A stretch of DNA of 64,000 nt, taken from Amoebophrya sp. A120. Its lineage: Eukaryota > Protista > Dinoflagellata. The position numbers and the translations under genes are program-made. Of the stretch, positions 35,501-47,500 are shown in pieces. Every line of letters begins with the position of its first letter. Positions within the stretch are counted from its first letter, which is position 1. The notes beneath the pieces are model-generated. The model saw only the letters and a list, made by a program, of their open reading frames with translations, made no database searches and was not told where the DNA came from. The DNA is taken from positions 124,001 through 188,000 of the forward strand of contig CAJINV010000014.1 in NCBI GenBank assembly GCA_905178155.1, read 5' to 3'.

Positions 35501-38500
35501 TTCATCAACTTTGTCGAAGATTTCGGTCCTGAAACCCCCATGATACTTGTGGGTCGACAGATAGTCTGTGGCCACGTCGCTCCGGCTGATGGCACGCACG
35601 GAAGTTTCTAGCACATGCAGTTCCGCGAGGCCCGTATGGCGATCTCAAGTGTTACATTCTCAGCTGTTAGATGAATGTGCGATGCAAGAATGGCAAGAGT
35701 GAAAGGGGGGAGCTTGTGCGTCTTGCATGACAGATTTGGCACAGATTTAGACGCTGTTTAGCCCTCCGAGAATTTGCCATGCGAAGCAGCTTGGTCGTCT
35801 GGTGGCTCATGGTCATTTTGCATGACAAATAACGCAACAGTTCGTTGAGAATGTAACGCTTGAGAGCCCCATAGCCCGTCAGTCCACACCCTTCGGCGTC
35901 GAGGTCGACCTCTTCGCTGGTGCACGCGGACCCTACCTGATATGGGATTCTCAACTGTTTTTACATTCTCATACTGTTATACGAATTTGCAATGCAAAAA
36001 TAGAAAAAGTGAAAGGAGGAAGATTGCGCCTTTTGCATGACAGGTTTCGGACGGAATCTAGTGCTATTTAGCACGTCGAGATGTTGTCATGCGAAAAAGG
36101 CTTGATCGCGTGAAGAGTGATAGCGTTTTTGCATGACAAATTCATGTAACAATTAAGAATGTAAGAACGTTCTTTGAGAATGCCATACCTGATTGTAGAC
36201 GCCGGTGCTATTCTCCGGCGGCGTCGGTGTCAGCGCGTTGGGGTCCCACAAATACATCACGCTCCCGTTCGATGCGGCAGGAGCGGCGCTCACCTGCGTT
36301 GTCTCGCCCGCGCGGAGGTTGCTCTTGTTCGCGCGGCCGCCCGTCCGGGAAGTTGAAGTTGTCAGGCTCATGTCCGTGCGCAGCAAAGTCGTCCCGCCAC
36401 CCCCTCCCCCTGCCGAAAGCCCCGGCGGTGCGACAGTATTGTCCTCGTTTACTGTCTATGCATTGCAGACATGTCTGGGTCTGCTGGGAGATCGGGAGGA
36501 GAGTTTGTCATCCAAATTGTCCATGGCCCGCGAAGATGCCTATCATGCATGCGCTAGCTTGTTCGCAGCTTTCGCGAAGACTTGCTCATGCCTACTTATC
36601 CTGCATGAGATGAAGTGCCCTCCTTCGTCATGTGGCAAAATAAATCTGAGTGCTTTTGCTGCTCCTGCACTATCTACAGGTTTTTGTAGTCTGATCGACA
36701 GGTGTTACTTATATAATAGCATCCCGAATCTCATTCTTATCTTTCGCGACCCAGATAACATATTTGCAATGCATACTGTCTGGAACACCTCGTCGAATTG
36801 GTCCGTGTAATTTTGTATCAAATGTAAAAGTGTCTGGGTCTGGAAGAATACGAGATTTGTCGCGCACGTTTTGCATGAGCCATGATGTCTGTGATGCATA
36901 CCCTAGCAATACAGATTTTTTGAAGGCTTCTTGATGCCTATTCCGCATGACAAATGCCTTCTCAGCGTAGCAAAAATTGCACTCCCTTTGGTACTCATGC
37001 AATACAGATTTTTTTGGAATCCAAATGCAGCATCACAGGTTGCATTCTTCCAGACCCAGACATTTTTACATTTGATATTTTGAAACTTGTCCGCCATCAT
37101 TTGCTCTCGGGTCGCGTTGGTGGCCACGTCGTAGTTCTATGCATTGCAAAACAAGCATCGCACTCGTATAAATGCATCACAAATTATTTCCTCAGCGTGA
37201 GAAATAAAATTTGAAATGGGGATTTTGCTTAAGATCAAGATTAAGATTTGTAATGCATGATTGCAATACGTCGAGTACGATACTTTCGCACAGGATAAGA
37301 TCGATCCGTACACCACGACCTCTCGCAACTGCAAAACACGCGGCAGGTCCATATGAGAGTGCACCACTCCCCCTCCGCCTAATTTGTCATTCCAAACCCG
37401 GGATTCTAGTGCTTGTTCCCGGTGGCACTGTTTGCGTGACAGATTCCGGAAGGTGGTGCCCAAACAGTACTTCTACGCGAGGCACATGAAGAATTTCTGT
37501 GTCATGCACAGGCTCCATGTGTGCTGATGTTTGCATTGCTGTTCATGCAATACAAATGACGGGGAGGGGGACGAGTTGTGCACTCTCATAGTCCACGTTG
37601 GTCGCGCCGAAGTAGCTGACGGTGCTACTTTTGTTCACGCTACCGGAGGAGCTCATGAGGTCTATCCTCTCGGGGTTTACTATGGAAGCGTCAGGATTGA
37701 AATCGTCAAAGTTGAAATGAAGTTACTATCTATTATATTCATGCGAAAGTATTTGTATTGGTTTAGAGAGGGCAAACGAGAGGTGGCAGGGAGGTCAAAA
37801 AGAGGTCAAAAGAGGTCGACAGAGGTGGAGAGGTGGCGCGGGAGGTAATTCGAGAGGGTGGCCGAGAGGGGGCGCGAGTATAGCCCGCCGAACCGGTCAC
37901 CCTTTAGGGCCGCTAAGCGGCACGGAGGTGGCCGAGAGGTAAAAAAGAGGGCAAGCGAGAGGTGGACAGAGGTGCCGGGAGGTTGCGCGAATAAGGGGAG
38001 ACCTCTCGCGCACCCTCTGGGCTACCTCTCGGCCACCTTTGTAGACCTCTACCGGTGAGTATAGCCGGATTATTAGCAACACCTCTCGGAAGAGGTGAAA
38101 AAGAGGCTCTGCGAGAGGGGTAAAAAAACCCGAACCCGCCCGGCACAGGGCTGATTTTGTTGCGGCCCTTTCATGCAAAAGCCCGAACCCTCTCGCGCCA
38201 CCCTCTCGCGCACCCTCTCGCGCCACCCTCTTGCGCCACCCTCTCGCGCAAACAGTTTTACTTCCCCGGGGAATCAGGTGGGCAGGCGCGGGGTGGTGAT
38301 GAACAAAGAGCAGCGCCGGCCTCTGTCTGATTCTTTCGGCACGCACCTACGCCGGGGCGCCATCTATTCGCCCGCAAGGTTTACTGCAGCTGCCCCCTGC
38401 GCATAGGGCCTAAAGGCGCGGGAAGCGCGCAGGAGGCCCTGCGAGTTGACCTCGCGCAAAATGGCGCTCAAAGTTTCCTCGGTCCGTCACGCTGTGCCCA

Positions 38501-41500
38501 AAGCTTTTGTGTCGCGGCCCGATCCGCAAATAGTCAAACCCCAGCACAACAGCCTTGCGCTCCGGCGTTAGCCGGAGCATGGCTGGTAACTTGTAATGCA
38601 TGAAATCGATGGCAGTTGGAAGCCCAATTTTCAAGCGGCGCATGACAAATTTTCCCAGCACCGGATTCCATTTTGTCATGCTGTTTGGGTACAGACGCCT
38701 GCTTTTGTCATGCTACTTTAGCAGCTCTGTTTCAAACACTAAACAGGCTGACAGTTGTCAGCCTCCTTTGCCATCCCGGCAAGACAGGCACTTCATGCCT
38801 TGCATTTATTTTATGCATGGCAAATCATTTCAACTTTGACGATTTCAAACCTGACGCTTCCATATTTACCAGGGTGTCTTGGTTCTCCCGGACAACCTGC
38901 CGCTCCGTCTTCCCGTGCGGCAACTCGATGAAGACGTACTTGCCCAAGGCTGCGTATGAACTGTCAGGATTGAAATTAACAAAGTTGAAATAATTTGTGA
39001 TGCGTAAAATCTATACCAGTTAGACACCCACAGTTTCCAATCGGCGCATGACAAATTTTCCTGGCCTCTGAAGCAAGTCTGTCATGCTGTTTAGGGCAAG
39101 ATGGCTGCTCCCTGTCATGCTACTAAGCAGCCCAATTCTTGACCCTTACCAGCACTAGAATCTGCCTCCCTTGCGCCTTCAGCAATAGAGTCAGTCTTTG
39201 CGTCGCATTTTATGCATGGCAAATCATTTCAACTTTGTCGATTTCAACTCTGACACATCCATACTGCGTAGCAGTCCACGCGGATGCGGTAGTACTCGTC
39301 CCCCCCATTTGCCTCGTCCGGGTTTCGCGTCTCCAGCAGCTTCTCGTAGGGCTCGTCGTACACTTCGTCCTTAGCTTCGGCCTCCCTTTTCTCCTCGTCC
39401 TGTTTTGCCCACGTGACTGTCCACTGCAAATAGTTAGTCTTGGTCTGGAAATATCCAACGTTTGCCATGCACATTTTGCATGACCCATGATGTCTGTGAT
39501 GCATGCCCGAGGACCATCACAGACGTTTTGGGGACGCCTTGATGCCTATCCCGCATGAGAAATGGCCTCTCTTCGCAGCAAAAACTGGACCCCTCTTGCT
39601 GCTCACGCAATGCAGATTTTTTTGGAATCCAAAGACGGCATCACAAGTTGCACTCTTCCAGACCCAGACATACTTGCACTTGATAGTGACCAGATGGTCC
39701 TGGTTCTTTATATCCAGGCCTGGCATCGAGTACCCCTCCGTATGAAAGCCTCAGAATGGAAATCCTCAAAGTGGAAATGATTTGTGATGCATGAAATGCG
39801 ACGCAAAAAAGACTGTATTGCAGAGGACGCAATGGAGGCCGACTATTATCCTGCTAAGGTTGAAGAATTGGAGTGCTGCTTAGCACGACAGAAGGGCACC
39901 TCTTTGCCTCAGCCTGCATGACAGACACGTTTTAAGTGCCCGGGAAATTTGTCATGCGACGACTACAAATGCCGCTTCAGCTGGAGGCGTTTTTTTGCAT
40001 CACAAATTATTTCCACTTTGAGGATTTTCAACCTGAGGCTTTCATACTCCGCGCGCTTCGAGCCGCAGACGCTGTACTGTGGCGCTCTCAAGCGTTACGT
40101 TCTCAACGAAAAATACACGATCTGTTATATGCAAAAGACCGATCAGCCAATGCAGCAAGATCAACAAGCCACTTGGCATGAAAAAAAAACCTTGAAGCGC
40201 TAAACGGCATGGCACACTCTGTACTGCGGAACTCGCAAGCTAGTTTTGCATCACAAATTCATGTATTGCATTTCGTTGCGTTCCTTCCGAGAATTATCCA
40301 GAGCACACACCCAAGCGGCCCATTGGACCGCGCCTATTGGGGCTGGGTCAAGCAGGCCGTGCCCAGCTTCCGTAGCGGGGAGCGGCCCACTCCACCACCA
40401 CCTGGCCCCCAGGGCAAGACCCCCCAGAACCCCACCACCGGTGGTTGAATGGGGGGAACCGCGCCAGCGCCCCAGCCCCACTTGCCCCCATGGCGAAGAC
40501 AGAAACAAGCGAGGGAGCGTGGGAAGAAACGAAAACCCATACAAGGAAGTAAAACCCTGCTCTCCAGCACCGAGTCCGCAGTAGACAAGAAAAGAGCGCC
40601 AGCGAAAACCACCGTCTGAAGGAGAACCCGGAAGCACAAGCCTCCGCATAGCAAAGAGTTGCCGGCCCGACCATCCGGGTCAAAAATCACCGAGCGCCAC
40701 CTCCTCGCCAGAGAAAGCTAAAACCAAAGGTCGCAGTGACAACGTCGTGGCCCCGAAGAGAAACCCCCGGAACAAGCCCGAAGCCCGGAAACGTCCCCCC
40801 CTCCTAGCACGCTCTGAGAGAAAACGCCAAAGACGAAGCCGCCCTCTACGTAAGCAAGACATAGTCCAATGTGGCGGCAAGGCGTCACCATCTCCCGGCC
40901 TTGAGTATAGACGCGCTACGTACCAGTCCCCTCCCGGAACCTCCTATTTCCCCATCTAGGGAAGCAAGTCCAGCAAACCCCGCGGAACGCGGTGGCGAGG
41001 TGTCGGCGGCAGCACCCTGCCGACAGGGAGTGCCTTATCCACCACAAGCACAGACAACAACAGCAGAGGACTGCGAGGTAGTCGGCCACCCCCACGTCAA
41101 GCAAAACCTGGCTCCCTCCAGGAGCGGAACGCTAGCCAAATCCTCAGGACAAACCCAAATGAATCCAAGCAGCATGGGCAATCCTCCCCAACCGAAATTG
41201 AAACTCCCCTTCGTGGAGATGGCAAGAACCATAAACGTGGCAGCAAACTGCGCTCGAGGACAGCGAGAGAGATTGTGGCGAGCTCCACGACCCCGGGAAA
41301 GCTAGTTAAGTGCGAGACAGCAGAGAGAAAGGCAAATAGCGTTACACTAACAAGAACCTAATAGGGCGGCATGAATTCGCAGCCAGGCGTTATGTGGTCA
41401 GTTGCCAAAAGTGACACCAGACAAAACCAGTACCAGTAGCACCATCCCCCTCCGGCCGCCCCTCCGGCCGCCCCTCCGGCACCAGTACCAGTAGAGGAGT

Positions 41501-44500
41501 ACCCGCCCCTCCGGCCGCCGCAAGCGCTAAACAGCATGGCACACTCTGTACTGCGGAACTCGCAAGCTAGTCTTGCATCACAAATTCATGTAAATAAATT
41601 TCAGAGTGTAACGTTTGAGAGCGCCATATGTACTTGCCCTTCATTGTCGGGAGCTCGTTGTTATTCCAGGTTGTTTGGTTGTCCCACTCTCCCTATCAAA
41701 TGTAAAAATGTCTGGGTCTGGAAACTTGTGATGCTGTGTGGCGTATCATGAGGAGGCGACAATTGCTGGCTCAGCATGACAAGTCTCTGAGCTTCTAGGT
41801 GTTGCCTATTCTGCATGACACACTACGTTTCTGCATGACAGAAAAGTGGGGCTCTTTGGGAATGTGCATGACAGATTTAGGAGTCATGCCAGACAAGCAT
41901 GACAAACTTGCATTCTTCCAGACCCAGACATTTTTACATTTGATACTCCCACGTTCGTGTCCTGGAGAAATTCGCTTCGGAGCGTTATCCTGAGCAAAAA
42001 CGTCCCCACCAAAGAGTTGTAATTCTGATTTCTTGCAAATAAGAGAAAAACAGGAAGACTTGTAAAAATGCGCATCCCCATGAGAGCCATTTTTTCCAGT
42101 CGTGTTTTGGAATTTGTGATGCTGAAAATAGGATGAGGAGCTGGCTTTGTGATGCGGCTGTCCTTGCGAAACTGCACTACAATACAGAGGGGAACTTGTC
42201 ATGCGTGACTCCCAAAACTCCCGGGTTTGTGTTGCAGATTGCGCATCTTGACTATGGCGTGGGGACATTTTTCCTCACAATAAACGTGGTCCGCGTGCTC
42301 TCGTCGTCGCGAATGTCTTGCGGGTGCGGCATATGACAGTGCACAACTCCCCCTCCCCCTCATTTGTATAGCATGCACGGCAACGCAAGCATTAGCAAGA
42401 ATGCCGGTTTTGCATGACAAATTTGCACTGGAGTATACATAGTGCTATAATTTGGGCTACCACAACTTGCCATGCAAACAGTGTCAAGAGGCACAGGGCG
42501 GATTGGGTATTTTGCATGACAAATGAGGGGGAAGGGGAGTTGTGCACTGTCATACGGGAGGCCACACGCGTTTGCCTTCCAGCCGCCGGCCGCAAACGCC
42601 TGGCAGGGTCCCCCGCCTTTCCCTGGGGCATCGAAGTCGACGTCGGTCTTCACGCCCACGACGAGGTAGGCGTCTATGGGATTCCCAATTGTTACATTCT
42701 CAACCGTAGTTTACATGAATTTGTAATGCAAGAATGTCAGCAAAAAGAAAAAAGCAAGGCCGGAGCTTGCAGCACGTCTTGCATTACACAAATGCGGGGG
42801 CACAGATTTCTTCTATGCTGTTTAGCCCTTGATGCAAAATTTGTCATGCGAAGCAGCTTCGCCGTGCTGTGGATGCTGATGCTCATTTTGCATGACAAAT
42901 CCTGTAACAGTTGAGAATGTAACGTTTGAGAGTTCCATAGCGTCGTCTAGCTGGTCTGGGACGTCCACGTCCGCAAGATCTTCCAGATATGCACTGCGAT
43001 AGTTGTACTATCGTGCTCGTAGTCATCGTTATCATGCATTACAAATCTCCTTCTCAACCTATACCCGCACTACAAATTTCATTTTTCATGCTCAGGGAAG
43101 TATTTGTCATGCGATTTCTACTAAGTAGCTGCACGATGCTTTTGTCGATTTCATACCAGAGGGTCTGTCGCGATCGTTTCGCTCTTCTCGCCTCCGGCCG
43201 CGCTGCGACACTCACTCAGATCGGTCCATGTGAACAGGGAGGCGACGCCGCAGGCCTTGGGACTCAGCGTGACCAGGTATGCCGTGAAGATTATTAACGA
43301 TCCCCATCCAGTTTGTCATGCAAAACATGTAGCATCAAACTCTGCGCGTGTCATGCAAAATAAAGTGGATCATGGGGATGGTTAATTCCCAGGGAATACC
43401 AGGATCACCTCCACCACAATCATCGGAAAAGACTGAAGCTCCAGCTGCCACCACGCCCGGGGCATGCTGGTCTGAGAAAACGGACTTCCCGAGAACAAGG
43501 CCCCATCCAAGTAGGGGTACTCCGTGGAGTTAGGGCGGAAAAATCGGCAAATCGCATCATTTTTGACAGCGCACTTTTTGGGGGGGCAAAAAAATTGTGG
43601 CTGTTGGGGGTATCAGCACTGCTTTTTTTCCTGTTGGCCATGTAGCCGCTGGCGCCACTCTTCGTTGTCACGGTCCGCCATCCGACCCTCCCCTTTTTCC
43701 AATAGAACCGCAGTACTTTGTTGAAGTTGCACAGGCCTGCGGCTCTCCGGCGCGGGAAGCCGCGCCCCCTCTCCCGCATCCAATTCCGTACGCGCCCAGA
43801 CATCTTCTCGTCTCCCCTCTGCGGCCGGACGTTGAAAATGCGGACGCGCCAACAATCAAGTGCTTCCGGGGGGGGTGCCGAAGGGGGGGGGTAAGGGGGT
43901 CCGCTTGGGCTACCGTTGGGCTACCATTTTGGGACCTGCCAAATCAGCAGTTTCCAATGGGGATTTGGGGGTCGGCATAGGCTACCGAAAGGGTACCCGG
44001 AGGGGGTACCCGGAGGGGGTACCCGGAAGGGGTGTCCGAAGGGGGCAAAAATGCCCCCCCCTGACCACCCCCCTTGCCGGGCCTTCTTTTCCGGGCGACG
44101 GGCCTCGTCGAGCCCCGGTCACGGAGGCGGCCCGGCCACTGTTCGAAGAGCGGGCCCACGACACAGCGCCCGGCCATCTGGACGACAACGCACAGAGCGA
44201 AGGAGTTGTGGCATGCTTCTGGTCTTGGTGTTGCGACATTTCCAAAGCTCAGCTACCATGTTTCCTGTGGAAAAGATCAAGTGACATGCGAGGCGTGTCG
44301 GCTTCCAAGATGTTGCGCCCCCAACAAAAAAACTTTTTTTACCCCCCCAATAAGTGCGCTGGCAAAAATGATGCGATTTGCCGATTTTTCCGCCCTAATG
44401 GAGAAATAGCCCGGCTGTGTATGGGATTCTCAAGCATTGCAGTCAACATCTGTATGCATGAATTTGCGACGCAAGAATTATAAGCAAAAAGTGAAAGGAC

Positions 44501-47500
44501 GGAGTGTGGTCTGTTGCACCTCTACTGGCAACATTACAAACTCGGCTTCTTTCACCGTTCAGAAACTTGTCATGCGAAGTAGCTTCAACATCATCATCAT
44601 TATCACGTAGTGGACACCCGCTCCCTGCGCCACAGGTCAAGGATCCCCAGCTTCATGATCGTGTGGATGTTGTTGCTAGTTTTGCATGACAATTCATGTA
44701 TACAGTTGAGATGAGTGCAACGTTCGAGAATCCACCCATACTGCAGCTCCTCAACATCGGTTTCTGGCTTGGCCATCTGCGTTTTTTCGTCGATCCCCTT
44801 GGCGGCGCCAAAGCTGGCATCAATGTATATGGCGTTCTCAAATGTTACATTCTCAACTGTTACATGGATTTGTATATGCAAGAACAGCAACAGTGAAAGT
44901 GGCAACGTTGCAACTTTCGCATCACAGATTTTCTACAGAGTATCATACTGCTTAGCCCTTCGAAAATTTGTCATGCTAAGCAGCTTGATCAAGTGGAGGG
45001 CAATGGCAATTTTGCATGGCAAATCCATGTAACAGTTGAGAATGTAACGTTTGAGAATCCCATAATGTAGTAGGTGCCGCTGCCCTTTTGCATGGGCAGG
45101 GTGCTTATCAAATGTAAAAATGTCTGGCTCTGGGTCTGGAAGATTATAAACTTGTCATGCTGAGTTACTATCTATTATATTCATGCGAAAAAAGAGGTCT
45201 ACAGAGGGTCGAAGGGAGGTGGCCGAGAGGTCAAAAAGAGGTCAACAGAGGTCAAAAAGAGGTCGACAGAGGTGGAGAGGTGGCGCGGGAGGTCGTTCGG
45301 GAGGGTGGCCGAGAGGTGGCGCGGGTATAGCCAGCCGAACCGTTCACCCTAAAGCCGCGCCTATGGGGCCCGGAGGTGGCCGAGAGAGTCCCGAGAGGGT
45401 AGGCGAGAGGGGGACAGAGGTGCCGAGAGGTTGCGCGAATAAGGGCGAACCTCTCGCGCACCCTCCTGGCCACCTCTCGGCCACCTCTGTAGACCTCTAC
45501 TGGCGAGTATAGCTGGACTATTAGCAGCACCTCTCGGGAGGAGACCCTGACGCTGTGCGACCCACTTTCGCGAATCCGCATGCTACGGTGGACGAAACTT
45601 TTTGAACTTTTTGAACGCGTTCGTAGACAGCTCGCGTTTCGCGAGAAGGTGAAAAAAATCTCAATGGACGCGAGGGGGGCCCCGGTCTTCCCGGGGGGTG
45701 GTGCTCGCTTGGGGGGCCCCGGTTTTTCCTCGGGGGACGGTGGTTCCCGCAAGGGGGGCCCCGGTTTTTCCTCGGGGGGCGGTGATTCCCGCAGGGGGGG
45801 CCCCGGTCTTTTTCGGGGGAAGGTGGTGCTCGCTTAGGGGGGCCCCGGTCTTCCCGGGGGGAGAAGCGGTTGCGCCCGCAAGGGGGTTCCCGGTCCGTCC
45901 TCCGAGGGTACCGGCTAGGCGCGCACGGGGGGCCCGGGTCTTCCTGGGTTGCGTTCGCAGGGGGGGCCCGGTCTTGCTTTCCCCGTGTCGGGCCTGCAGC
46001 ACGGTCTCAATCTGGGCGGGGTGGTGGAGTTGTGCCGCGTGCGGGGGGCGCCGGGCTTAGGGGCGGAACGCTCCTAATCTGGGCGGTGTGGTGGGGTTGT
46101 GCCGTGTGTGGGGCCGCCGCGCCTACCGCTGGCGCGGTATACCGCCGGGCTTGGGGGCGGCACGCTCTCAATCTGGGCGGGGTGGTGGGGTTGTGCCGCG
46201 TGCGGGGGGCGCCGGGCTTGGGCGCGGAACGCTCTCAATCTGGGCGGCGTGGTGGAGTTCCTGCCCTTATTTTCCCGCCTTCCCCCGCCCAGTGCCGCCG
46301 CGGGCTCGAGGTCCTTCCCGTCCCTGAATCCATGGTCGCCCCGGAATACCCTTCTCTCCCTGGGTCCCTTCCTTTCCGTCCCTGAATCCCGGCCCGTTTC
46401 TAGATGTTGCCCCGCCTCCGAATCCTTTTCCGTTCCTGAATCCGTCCCCCTGAGCCCCTAGAGGCACCGCTTCTCCAGGGGCTGCTTTCTGCCGGTCCTA
46501 TGGCGCGGAACGCTCTCAATCTGGGCGGCGTGGTGGAGTTGTGCCGTGTTCGGGGGCGGCGCGCCTACCGGGGGCGCAGTATACCGCCGGGCTTGGGCGC
46601 GGAACGGTCTCAATCTGGGCGGCGTGGTGGAGTTGTGTTTTCTGTGGGGGCGCCGCGCCGAAGCGGAGCGCTGTACTCTACCTGCCACGGCGCGGAACGC
46701 TCTCAATCTGGGCGGCGTGGTGGAGTTCCTGCCCTTACTTCCTCCCCTTCCTCCGCCCAGTGCCGCCGCTGGCTCGAGGTCCTTCCCGTCCCTGAATCCC
46801 TGGCCGCCCCTGAATACCCTTCCCTCCCTGAGTCCCTTCCTTTCCGTTCCTGAATCCGTCCCCCTGAGCCCCTAGAGGCGTCGCTTCTCCAGGGGCTGCT
46901 ATCGGCGCGGAACGCTCTCAACCTGGGCGGCGTGGTGGAGTTTGTTGTGTTGCCTGTGGGGGCGGCGCGCCTACCGGGGGCGCAGTATACCGCCGGGCTT
47001 GGGCGCGGAACGCTCTCAATCTGGGCGGCGTGGTGGAGTTGTGTTTTCTGTGGGGGCGCCGCGCCGAAGCGGAGCGCTGTATTCTACCTGCCGCGGCGCG
47101 GAACGCTCTCAATCTGGGCGGCGTGGTGGAGTTGTGCCGTGTGCGGGGGCGGCGCGCCGACCGGGGGCGCAGTATACCGCCGGGCTTGGGCGCGGAACGC
47201 TCTCAACCTGGGCGGCGTGGTGGAGTTGTGTTTTCTGTGGGGGCGCCGCGCCGAAGCGGGCCGCCGTTTTCTACCTGGCCCGGCGCGGAACGCACGCTCT
47301 CAATCTGGGCGGCGTGGTGGGGTTCCTGCCCTTACTTCCTCCCCTTCCTCCGCCCAGTGCCGCCGCGGGCTCGCGGTCCTTCCCGTCCCTGAATCCATGG
47401 CCGCCCCTGAATGCCCTTCCCTCCCTGGGTCCCTTTCTTTCCGTTCCTCAGCCAGCCGCCACAGGATGCAACGAAAGACCCGAGGACGAGAGGAGACGGA

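Noticed and set aside
46000-47450. CRISPR-like repeat-spacer look
   Set aside because: The spacers are themselves repeated, there are no cas genes, and the context is eukaryotic.
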